Assembly (NCBI GenBank): GCA_020137815.1
Contig: CM035358.1
Coordinates: 5,022,001-5,086,000 of the forward strand
Direction: 5' to 3'
DNA: 64,000 nt
From: Hormiphora californensis
Lineage: Eukaryota; Animalia; Ctenophora
This document shows positions 43,771 to 56,600 of the stretch, piece after piece (position 1 is the first letter of the stretch; each line of letters starts with the position of its first letter). A program made the translations under genes and the position numbers. The notes below the pieces were generated by a model that was given only the letters and a program-made list of their open reading frames with translations, made no database searches and was not told where the DNA came from.

Positions 43771-45825
43771 GTAGATCTGAAACATTTTGATGGCGAAAAA
43801 CAAGATAAAAATATGGTACAACTGATTGTGAAATGTTTAGTACGTCCTGGTATGGATAGAAAGATAAAACAAACGAGAAATCATGGGGAAACCGCAGAAA
43901 CGAGGTCGAAAATCGAAAAAAAGAAAGTTGCAAGCTTGAAGTTTGTGCGTGATCTTTTGCTTCACCTTCGCGCGGCGCCCACAACAGCGATTTTGCAGCG
44001 CATAAAAACATATTTTAAGCGCGTTCCGTTTAAATATCATTCTGCGGCGCTGCGCGGTACGTCATGTTTCAAAAATCCTTTTTTTCGAAATTGTTTTAAA
44101 AAAAAACGACAAAAGAGAAACAAAAGTCAAAACAAAACATGATTGCCGGTTCCTACAGCGGACAGCTACTCTCTAAAACTTGTTAAGCTTTTGTCTCGCA
44201 CAACCTGTTTGCTTTCTGGTAACAATTTCTATCCACTTAGACACATGACGTAATGACAAAGTCCTCAACCCTGACCCTCGCCATATTGAAGACAGAAATA
44301 ACAGCAGATCAGAAGCACCAGAGAGTCGTCGATTGGTTGGATGAAGTTCATGTGGCGTTGTACAAGCATCTTGATCTTTCAGGGAACATCAGGGTATGTT
44401 TATACTTCAATTTTTACAACAAATCTGAAATCTTTGAGTATTTAGTATTTAGTATTCGATATCTGCAGACATACAGTTTGGTTACCACTGCAAACTAATT
44501 CTCTTAGGATCAAATAATCAAGATCAACAACAAGAAGACGAGGACGCGGCAGGCACACCAGGCACATCGGTTATACTCACGGGGTGAAGACCACGATCAG
44601 AGTACTGCTACTGGGACACAATTTAGGCGAACACCCTGCAATCGAGATAGGTAATAGCAGAATGAGTTTTTATTTTTCTTATTTGTGAACTTTATCTTAA
44701 ATGTCAGTTGAGAGACAATAGTCCAAACTATTGTTTAACTTGGAGCTTCCAAGCCTACACACTCCATATAATATTCTTCTGTTTCGTACAAAACTTCCGG
44801 CTGATGTTTTCTTGTAATATATTTCTCTTTATATATGTGGGAGAAACTCAATTTTCATCCTGTATCTGATATAACAGATAGGTATCTCCTAATCTCTCTC
44901 TTCCCCTCTATCGGCCGATAAATCGTGACTTCCCAGCTTAAAACACTCAGCGGAGTGTTATAGATCAGATACATTTAACAAAAGGAAATGTGTCCTGTGC
45001 TTGCCTGTTGCATGATGCTCTCAACACATCCCTTCTTTTTCTACAGTAGATATGAACGGAGAGAGAGAGAGTGGGTTTTGTAATATACTCAGTGTGTCCT
45101 CAAGGATCTGAGAGACAAGTTTGTGTGGGAGGGACATCTGTCATTTCTGATTTTAGAAGAGATGAAGATTGCGATGAGACGAGAGAGAGAGAGAGAGATA
45201 GAAAGAGAGGGAGAGAATAATAAAGAAAAGAATCTCATTGGTAAAAGGCGCCGGCTGATTCGTGTTTAAAAGTAGCCGATGGAGCTATTATAAAGTGTTT
45301 GTCGGTTAGTCATACAGCTTCCACAAAGCAGACTCTACGTTTATTTGTTTGTTCATATGTTTGTTGATTTTTATGTCGCTGTGTCTGTGTGTGTGCCTCG
45401 CTCCAAGCATTGTGTCGCAACTTTCGACTCGTATGATTCTTCTAAGAGATCGTGAGCGGTGCTTCTGAGGTTTAATTAATTTGCGCCCTAGAAATGTTGT
45501 ATTGCTTACACTGGGGGAGGGGGTAGCTAGGGAGACACAGAATAGTGATAGTGTAAAACATGTGATATATTGTAAAAGTGTGAATTATATTACACTGCAG
45601 CAGTGGTATAATACTGAAGACTCTGGTGACAAGCAACATGGCACGAGACAGGTTTCTCTGCCAATAGTTTTCGTTTAGGTTATGCAATACCCCTACATGA
45701 CATCTAAAAATAATATCAGTCAAGCTGACATGGTAGGCAAAATATACCATAATCACAAGAATGCGTGTGTGTATTATTTCCCGATCTGATGCAATGTATC
45801 TGTGTTGATCAATCTATTCCAGCTT

Positions 45826-46632
45826 CTTCCCTGTCCGTCTCACTGTCCCTTCACTGTTCCCTTCACTGTCCCCTTCACAGTGTCCCTCCTTGCAGCTCTT
45901 CCCTGTCCGTCTCACTGCCCCTTCCCTGTCCGTCTCACTGCCCGGTGCCCCTTCACTGTTCCCTTCACTGTCCCCTTCACAGTGTCCCTCCTTGCAGCTC
46001 TTCCCTGTCCGTCTCACTGCCCCTTCCCTGTCCGTCTCACTGCCCGGTGCCCCTTCACTGTCCCCTTCACTGTTCCCTTCACAGTGTCCCTCCTTGCAGC
46101 TCTTCCCTGTCCGTCTCACTGCCCCTTCCCTGTCCGTCTCACTGCCCGGTGCCCCTTCACTGTTCCCTTCACTGTCCCCTTCACAGTGTCCCTCCTTGCA
46201 GCTCTTCCCTGTCCGTCTCACTGCCCCTTCCCTGTCCGTCTCACTGCCCGGTGCCCCTTCACTGTCCCCTTCACTGTTCCCTTCACTGTCCCTCCTTGCA
46301 GCTCTTCCCTGTCCGTCTCACTGCCCCTTCCCTGTCCGTCTCACTGCCCCTTCCCTGTCCGTCTCACTGCCCGGTGCCCCTTCACTGTTCCCTTCACTGT
46401 TCCCTTCACTGTCCCTCCTTGCAGCTCTTCCCTGTCCGTCTCACTGCCCCTTCCCTGTCCGTCTCACTGCCCGGTGCCCCTTCACTGTTCCCTTCACTGT
46501 CCCCTTCACAGTGTCCCTCCTTGCAGCTCTTCCCTGTCCGTCTCACTGCCCCTTCCCTGTCCGTCTCACTGCCCGGTGCCCCTTCACTGTCCCCTTCACT
46601 GTTCCCTTCACTGTCCCTCCTTGCAGCTCTCC
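45826..46632. repeat. Hierarchical pyrimidine-rich minisatellite (~102-bp unit built from 12- and 22-bp subunits)
   Basis: Subunits CTTCCCTGTCCGTCTCACTGCC and CCCTTCACTGT(T/C) in variable combinations. Confidence 0.9.
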
Positions 46633-46731
46633 CTTGCTTCTTTCTACATCATGCCGGACATGCATCTTATTATAGGACCATTAGTTCAGAGCTCACTAAG
46701 AGATGAGAAAGAGAGAGAGAGAGACAGAGAT

Positions 46732-46791
<60 letters not shown>

Positions 46792-47130
46792 AGAGAAAGA
46801 GAAAGAGAGAAAGAGCGATAGCTGCCATATATGGATTGAGTGTGCTACTGTATGCCCTACTCGATCTGTATCACGGACTTGTGTCTTTGGAAATGGAACA
46901 TACTTTTGAAATGATGTGTGATAATCAGACTCTGATTCACGAAAGAAGAAAACCGAGCAATTTATTCAAGTATTTTAGTATAAGTATAAGTATTACTTTA
47001 GTAATTAGTATAAGTAGAAAATGACCGGAATTGCGGTTTGATAAAACGAGTGATCTAGCATCAAACATAACTACCACTTATAATACACTTAACTCGAAGT
47101 TGAAATTTGTGAAATGTGAAAAGTTACGTA

Positions 47131-47550
47131 CTGTAAAACTATATATTTTCGAGGCAATTAATTTTCGCGATTCGATCAAAATTTACTATTTTCGCGATTT
47201 TAATTTTCGCTAATCCCACAGCTACCCCCATTTCACGGTCCTAGTCTATTGTCTAATTACGCCAAGAGTGCAGTCATCATTGCCATGAGACACCAGATCT
47301 GCTTGGCGTAGACCACTAGACCAATGAAATGTGAGCATTTTCTCATTGCTGATTGGCTCTAAGAGATAGCCAATCAGGAATGAGACAGAAAAAAAGACTA
47401 AAAGTAAAAAATGTTTCATCCTGAAATAACTTGCACGAGCTTTCTGTAAAAAATCGTCCAAAATATTTTCGCGGAATTAATTTTCGCGGATTTTCCAGCC
47501 AAAAATAAAGAGCGAAAATAAAAATCTCACGAAAATATCTAGTTTTACAG
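47131..47550. mobile_element. Tc1/mariner-type MITE (TA TSD)
   Basis: TA|CTGTAAA...TTTACAG|TA with AATTTTCGCG subterminal repeats. Confidence 0.7.
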
Positions 47551-47935
47551 TAACAGGTGTGACTATATTCGTGTCTAGGAATGTGCATAATTGGAGATAA
47601 TTAATGCTTTAGGTTTTTACAAATATAGACATGTGGGTAATGAAGCTGCTGCGACTTAGAGGAAACAAAAAAATAATGATTTGGACCGTGTCACAAACCT
47701 GAGGTTTGAAACACAGTGTGTCTTACATATATTTTGTACTTCTTGTACCCTCAAGTTCAGCCTTCTTCTTCTTCTTCTTCATAATTACAGCCTGTCAGCC
47801 CGAGAGAGCTAGGATGAACTTCAAACAGCAGCACCTAGTACTAGTAGCATGTGAGTGTGTGTGCACCTAGTACACCTTCCCTAAAAGCTGCACTCTAGAG
47901 TAATAAAGGGCCATTCAGTATTACATCACAACTGT

Positions 47936-48114
<179 letters not shown>

Positions 48115-48608
48115 TAGCATGTTTTCTACTTGTAAAGAAGTCATGAAATGTGTCTGTAAATTACCTCTCTCTTTGTTTGTTTGTTTGTCTGTTTTCTTGT
48201 TTATCTGTTCCCATTGTCTGCTTGTCCCTACTGATTAATAATAACGAGCATACTGGGAAGCTCTGTGATGGGATGGACGAGCTGCGGAAGACATGTCCTC
48301 CAAAACAGAAAAGTGCAAGCACGCAGGCATTATTTTTTTGGGGAAAAAAGTGCCGGGAAAAGTGCCCACTTTTGTGTTCGAAACCATGGAACTGGGGTGT
48401 AGCAAAGGGATTCTTAGCAGAGTTTATTACCTTTTGCTCCGGGCTCCTACAAGACAGTCATTGCCACATTGAATCAACTCCACTCACAATATTGACCATT
48501 GGCCACATACATATAAATCCAAGAAATATTATATCCTTGAATCTCGGGGGGGGGGGGGGGGGGGTGGGGGGGTTATATGTGGGTCAATTGTTTCAAGTAC
48601 ACCTGTCA

Positions 48609-49103
48609 TTGAGGCATAAACTCTGGCCACTGTCAGTTATTTCAGATACCATTTCACCCCTTTCTCACCAGCGCCGCTGGATAAGGTAGCTGTAGTTTTA
48701 TCCGCCTTGCGGATAAACTGTTTTAAAATCACACGACGACGACTGAGGCGTAGCCGGAGGGAGAGGCGGGTGAACAAACAATAAAGAAATAACAAGATAT
48801 GGGGCATGCCAGACATAACACAGAGGAATTGAGATAGTGAAACAAAAGGGGAGATAAAGAGAGAGAAATTGACGGAATGTGTTGTTTCTTTCTCTCCAAT
48901 GCAGTGTGTAACTCTTGCAAACAGTGTTCCCTCTGTATTTCAGTAAGAACTGATCATTTACACACACTTTGAATGTAACATAGGAGTTAATAATAAACAG
49001 CCAGCCAGTGGGAAATAATCTGCCGCTGGACTGGCTGTATATTGACAGCGCGCCAGTGGGACTTCTCGCCGCTGGCGGGTTATTTAAGTTAGCAGGGTAT
49101 ATA
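48609..49103 (-). mobile_element. Element A, diverged inverted copy 3
   Basis: Same termini as 6263-6939 but lacks the internal terminus-complementary segment. Confidence 0.65.
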
Positions 49104-49608
49104 ACAGTATATCCCCAAGAGTCATGGCAAATGTAATATTACACCTGCTGTGTTATATAATAATAGCACAGCAACACAGCTGGGTAGTGGGCTATTATAA
49201 TTGTATACGAAGAGACTTCCTTTTTAGTGAACTAGGGTCCCAAGTCTAGGGGGGAAGGGTTCGGGACACAGGTATGAGAAGCTCACCATTGTCCATCTAC
49301 TAGGATTCATGACACTCTGAGAGGGACACTCTCTGACTCAGAGAAACTCTGAGAGGGTGCTTTGTAAAAGGGATGGCTTTGTGTACCCCTTACTCAATAC
49401 ACTGAGACTTGAGGTGTAACCTTGGTCCAGTCTATAGGTCGCAGGTGGTACAGTATACCATGATATTCATTTATTTTTTTTCTCTCCCTCGTTCTTTCTC
49501 TCTTCCCCTCTCTCGACTAGTCTCTACCTCATTCTCCCAGCCACCCTTCACCATCCAGTAATGTTTATATGCGTCATGGGTAAAAGTCATACACACCCTT
49601 TCTCTCTC

Positions 49609-49667
<59 letters not shown>

Positions 49668-50725
49668 GCCCTCTCTCTATCCCTCCCTCCCTCTCTCTCT
49701 GTGACCAAAAATTAAATCACTTGTAGCCATGGGGACACCGATTCAAATACCCCAGCAGCAGCATGCGAATGTCATCTCCCTCCTATTGATCACGCCAACC
49801 CCTCTTGAATGAAACATTATAGATTATCTTGTCTCACACAAAGGACTGTCATGCACCTCGCACCGCGAATCGCGATATTACAGTCAGATCTTGACAAAGA
49901 TTATCATGAGAAATCACCACGGCCACTATAAATTTATAAATTCAACTATAATACCTTTCTCTGGTGAATTCGATATAGTTAATTGTGAGTATTGAGGCAC
50001 TTTAGAATGGGGAAGAACACACAAGACGAGAGAGTTTTGACAAGTCCCAGAATATTTCAATAGACTATGTCATGGCTTAGAACTTAGAAGAGTGTTCTAT
50101 AGCCCGCTAGCCAGCTTAAACTCTGTTCTTGAAAATAATTAATCTCTGTCATATCATAGCTCCCATTTTATTCGAGAATATTCGGATATTACTGCAATTC
50201 CTAGAAATTCGTATATATTTCCAAGAAACACCTGTCAGGCCAATGCTCTAACCACGATTCTCGCATGACTTATTTTATTAAAATTTTACATGTTTTAGTC
50301 CATTTTTAACATATTTTTATTATATTCTTTCTTATCGTATGGTATTGTATACCGGCCCTCGTTATCATGATAAAAACTTGTTAGTTTTAAGATGTATTTT
50401 GCAAGCAGTCACAAACTGTCTCTCAAATCATGTACCCCCCTCAACGGCTCCTTCGATCTATCCTCCGATCCCGTATTAGATTTAGAAAAACTCGACTTGA
50501 CAGTAGTGAATTCTAAAGGCTATCAGCTGAAGTAGAGGAGAGAGTGAGCGAGAGATGCGTGAGCAGTAGACGAGAAGTAGAGAGGCAGAGAAGAGAGAGA
50601 GAAAGATGAGAGAGAGACAAGAGACCGCAGTCAAGATGAGGATCAGAAGTAGAGAGAGAAGAGCAAGATGAGACAGCCGGTCCACGATCTTACCTCTGTT
50701 AGCCGCTCCTCAGCTTGACATCCTC

Positions 50726-50813
<88 letters not shown>

Positions 50814-52746
50814 CAGTGAAAAGTATCGTAACTATAGCAACACGTCACGACAATGCAGCAAGGTGTTTCATACTCTCTTCCTCCCTCCCTTCCTCCCCTC
50901 TATTTCATTTCCAACATGAGCGTACCCGAAATAGAGCTTTTCACATTTCTTGCACGGGAGACGGAAAATAGGATTCCGCGGAATTCTGGAAATCTAGCTT
51001 GAACGGCAATATTTTATACATATTATCAATATTTCCATTGAAGATGTGCCCTTTTATTATTGTTATATTTCAGCTAAAATTGAACAATCTGATCATAATC
51101 ACCCCCCCCCCCCCTCAGATTAGCCGACTTGGTTTTTACTGATCACCCCCCCCCCCTAGGTCAAAGAGTCGTGAAAGGAAGAATAGCCTTGGTAAGAACC
51201 AGTTTCCAACGATAAACAAGAGGCAATTCTCATCTTCCAACAGTAGCCAGGTACCTGATGTCAGAGCACAATATTTCTATTCAGGGCTTTTAGAGTAATA
51301 CAGGCTTCATGAGTTTGTGTTATAATGGAGTCTAAAATTCTACTTCAAAGTTTAAACTCCGCTCCCCTGATTTAGGCCACATATATCTCAGCAGGGTGTA
51401 TTATATCTGATGACGTAAAACACCTGCTGCCTTGCTACTGTAGTGTATTCAGTGTTGTGTGCGAGTCATGAGCCCGGCTGAGTCATGAGTGCTCAATTCA
51501 GTAAAGGTCACACAGTAATGGCATCACGCCACATAGTGAACAACAATATATCTTATTATGTTGCATCATAGTTTTGTGTTTTCTCATTCTCTCAACTGAT
51601 ATCTTCTTATCTCTCTTTCAGCCATCCGGTATGCCCAGAAAGTCCGTTACACAATTCGGTAGCAGGTGAGTTTCTAGAAGAGAAGGGAATTTCACAGGAA
51701 GCAAAATAAAAACGTCAAATAAAAATGTCATTCCCTCTCCCCGTGTGTGTTCTAATTATTGTGAACTGTCTGTAAAATATTGAACACCAATATATACCAG
51801 CTACTCAAAAGCTGTGTCTCCACTGTCTACGAAGCTTCATGCTCTTCACGTTGATCTTTAGTGGGAACTTGCAGGAGGGCGCGAGACACTTTACCTGCTG
51901 AAAGTGTGTCAGTACAAGCGCTAATTTCAGGCCGCGCGCAATGTAGCAACCCATAAATTCAAGTTCCCAATTCCTGTAATTAGGTCTCATGATTTCCCTT
52001 TCAGGCCAGTGATTTCCAACAAAGTTGTGCGACGGGACTCGAAGCAGGTGGTCGTGCCAGTTACCCCTACTTTCCGAAGGAGACTCCGATCAGCCGCCCC
52101 AGTCACTGCCGGGTGAAAGGGAATGAGATCAGGGGACTGTGAGAAGTGATCTGAGTTTTGAGTTTTGAAGACACATGTAATTTAGTTACAGAATGAATGA
52201 GAGACTATCATAAAGTGAGCCATTTTGTGCTTTTGAAGACGGGAAAGAAACAATGAGAGTATGACATGATTTGATAGGCAAGAGTGAAGAGTAAGTTGCT
52301 AAGTTGGGAAATGTTTTTGACTGAAGAGTGAAGTTGTGTGTATCTCAATACGTTGCACTAGGGCTCCACAAAACCCAGCAATTCTTTTTTCATTGTGTAC
52401 AGCCGGATTTATACATTTGATGGAGGAATTCTAATGAACCCGGCCATGCAATGGCTCGAGGGACATTCACAGTGTAAACTTGATCCGGAGCTGTCAAGCG
52501 GCGCCGACCCGATCTGAGTGTACTGTCATTTTGAGAATCAAAACGGGGTCTGGCGGCACCAGACAGGTCCAGTTCTCGTTGTGAACTGACAGAAACTCGT
52601 TTTATAACAGTTTAATAAAATAATAAAGCAGTTACACATAACAGGGATCAATGATAAAATACAGGAAATTAAGAAATTATTAACAAAAACTCCCTCTTTC
52701 ACTCTCTTTTTTATAGTTGAAGTTCTCTTATTAATTAAAGCTGACA

Positions 52747-53633
52747 TTACAAATTGCCCTCAAGTGGGTCCTTTCCTCCTGACGCTGCTGCAGTCCCATT
52801 CTGCACTACAACAGGGCTAATATAGGAGAACTTTCTGCTTAGAATCTCAACTGACACCACCCTCTTCAAAGCACCTCCCCCTCCACCGTTACTGGCTACA
52901 GATAATCTCTGGGTGGTGGATGAAGGGGGAGTGGTGGGGGAAGTTTCCAAAACTTCAGATCTACATGCCGTGGTGGTGGTGGTGGCGGGTAGGCTGAGAG
53001 GTGTTCCTGGATCATAGTGGTCTTCCATACTCCAACTGAGACGGAGATCCTGTAGGGATACCATGGGGTTAGCAAGTTGGGAAATTAAACTATAGATGGG
53101 ACTCCCAGTGGGAGGACTGGGCCTGTCTAGTGTCTGGCCAGTCTCAATCTAGATCAATCTGAAAGTACCGAGAAATTAATACGGCCACTCTGTGGTGTCG
53201 CTACAAGACATAATAGGCCAGGGTAATATCACGTCCCATTTAATTAGCCAGTACCTTATGTTCCCTGCGAATGACAAGTTTGTCCTTGTTAGGTCCAGTA
53301 ATGGGCGACGTTCCAGTGGTGGTAGTGGATCGTCCTCTCAGGGGAACGGGGGTCTTGTGAATCCAACTCTCTGTATCCTGCATGGAAATTAAGAGATACA
53401 CCAGGGATATTGGGGGCTGGGTTGATGGGAGATGCATCATGTTTTGCTTTTGAGTTTGGAGTGGTGGAGATGCAGGAAACTGCAACAAAATCTTAAGATA
53501 AATAAGTTTCTGGGTGGGAAAGAATTGTTGGAATTATATATAATTATATATAGGAGGATAAAAATCACAATTGCCACACAATTTACTTGGAAATATGCTC
53601 TGCACTTTAACACAACAATTTATAGCTTCACAC

Positions 53634-53672
<39 letters not shown>

Positions 53673-56600
53673 TCTCTCTCTCTCTCTCCCTCTCTCTCTC
53701 CCTCTCTCTCTCTCTCCCTCTCTCCCTCTCTCGCTCTCTTTCCGTTTGAAAAACTGAAACTATGTACTCAAAACTCAAACTCCTCACATCTCACTCCATT
53801 TCTACCTTTACTTGTCCCAATTAAAGACAACCCCAGCTATCCTGACCTTGACCTTCTCTCTCCCCTTCTCTCGCCATGTTCTATACCCTCTTTCTCATGA
53901 CACCACCCTTTTTGGGCACTGCAAAAGCCACAACAGTGGGTTGTCTCAGATCATTTAGGGAGAGGCACGAGAACGGATTGTCAGCTAGGCTTCCCGTGCC
54001 CAGATCAGCAGCGGCAGGTATGAGGTTGGGATTGTTCGGGTTGGTGTGGGTGAATGCTCTCCCTCGGCTTGTTGGATCGTTAAAACTCCGGCGTAGGGGC
54101 GACCGGCTTTCGGCTCGGGTTAAAGTGCTGCCCGGGCTATCAGGCGAAAACTGAAACACAGGTGTACTGAGATAGGAGGGGAGTGAAACTGAAACACAGG
54201 TGTACTGAGATAGGAGGGTATAGTGAAACTGAAACACAGGTGTACTGAGATAGGAGGGGAGTGAAACTGAAACACAGGTGTACTGAGATAGGAGGGGAGT
54301 GAAACTGAAACACAGGTGTACTGAGATAGGAGGGGAGTGAAACTGAAACACAGGTGTACTGAGATAGGAGGGGAGTGAAACTGAAACACAGGTGTACTGA
54401 GATAGGAGAGGAGTGAAACTGAAACACAGGTGTACTGAGATAGGAGGGGAGTGAAACTGAAACACAGGTGTACTGAGATAGGAGGGGAGTGAAACTGAAA
54501 CACAGGTGTACTGAGATAGGAGGGGAGTGAAACTGAAACACAGGTGTACTGAGATAGGAGGGGAGTGAAACTGAAACACAGGTGTACTGAGATAGGAGGG
54601 GAGTGAAACTGAAACACAGGTGTACTGAGATAGGAGGGGAGTGAAACTGAAACACAGGTGTACTGAGATAGGAGGGGAGTGAAACTGAAACACAGGTGTA
54701 CTGAGATAGGAGGGGAGTGAAACTGAAACACAGGTGTACTGAGATAGGAGGGGAGTGAAACTGAAACACAGGTGTACTGAGATAGGAGGGGAGTGAAACT
54801 GAAACACAGGTGTACTGAGATAGGAGGGGAGTGAAACTGAAACACAGGTGTACTGAGATAGGAGGGGAGTGAAACTGAAACACAGGTGTACTGAGATAGG
54901 AGGGGAGTGAAACTGAAACACAGGTGTACTGAGATAGGAGGGGAGTGAAACTGAAACACAGGTGTACTGAGATAGGAGGGGAGTGAAACTGAAACACAGG
55001 TGTACTGAGATAGGAGGGGAGTGAAACTGAAACACAGGTGTACTGAGATAGGAGAGGAGTGAAACTGAAACACAGGTGTACTGAGATAGGAGGGGAGTGA
55101 AACTGAAACACAGGTGTACTGAGATAGGAGGGGAGTGAAACTGAAACACAGGTGTACTGAGATAGGAGGGGAGTGAAACTGAAACACAGGTGTACTGAGA
55201 TAGGAGGGGAGTGAAACTGAAACACAGGTGTACTGAGATAGGAGGGGAGTGAAACTGAAACACATGTGTACTGAGATAGGAGGGGCGTGAAACTGAAACA
55301 CAGGTGTACTGAGATAGGAGGGGAGTGAAACTGAAACACAGGTGTACTGAGATAGGAGGGGAGTGAAACTGAAACACAGGTGTACTGAGATAGGAGGGGA
55401 GTGAAACTGAAACACAGGTGTACTGAGATAGGAGGGGAGTGAAACTGAAACACAGGTGTACTGAGATAGGAGGGTAGTGAAACTGAAACACAGGTGTACT
55501 GAGATAGGAGGGGAGTGAAACTGAAACACAGGTGTACTGAGATAGGAGGGGAGTGAAACTGAAACACAGGTGTACTGAGATAGGAGGGGAGTGAAACTGA
55601 AACACAGGTGTACTGAGATAGGAGGGGAGTGAAACTGAAACACAGGTGTACTGAGATAGGAGGGGAGTGAAACTGAAACACAGGTGTACTGAGATAGGAG
55701 GGGAGTGAAACTGAAACACAGGTGTACTGAGATAGGAGGGGAGTGAAACTGAAACACAGGTGTACTGAGATAGGAGGGGAGTGAAACTGAAACACAGGTG
55801 TACTGAGATAGGAGGGGAGTGAAACTGAAACACAGGTGTACTGAGATAGGAGGGGAGTGAAACTGAAACACAGGTGTACTGAGATAGGAGGGGAGTGAAA
55901 CTGAAACACAGGTGTACTGAGATAGGAGAGGAGTGAAACTGAAACACAGGTGTACTGAGATAGGAGGGGAGTGAAACTGAAACACAGGTGTACTGAGATA
56001 GGAGGGGAGTGAAACTGAAACACAGGTGTACTGAGATAGGAGGGGAGTGAAACTGAAACACAGGTGTACTGAGATAGGAGGGGAGTGAAACTGAAACACA
56101 GGTGTACTGAGATAGGAGGGGAGTGAAACTGAAACACATGTGTACTGAGATAGGAGGGGCGTGAAACTGAAACACAGGTGTACTGAGATAGGAGGGGAGT
56201 GAAACTGAAACACAGGTGTACTGAGATAGGAGGGGAATGAAACTGAAACACAGGTGTACTGAGATAGGAGGGGAGTGAAACTGAAACACAGGTGTACTGA
56301 GATAGGAGGGGAGTGAAACTGAAACACAGGTGTACTGAGATAGGAGGGTAGTGAAACTGAAACACAGGTGTACTGAGATAGGAGGGGAGTGAAACTGAAA
56401 CACAGGTGTACTGAGATAGGAGGGGAGTGAAACTGAAACACAGGTGTACTGAGATAGGAGGGGAGTGAAACTGAAACACAGGTGTACTGAGATAGGAGGG
56501 GAGTGAAACTGAAACACAGGTGTACTGAGATAGGAGGGGAGTGAAACTGAAACACAGGTGTACTGAGATAGGAGGGGAGTGAAACTGAAACACAGGTGTA

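Noticed and set aside
45765-46821. Cys/Pro-rich ORFs
   Set aside because: Translations of a minisatellite, open in several frames, with non-ATG starts.
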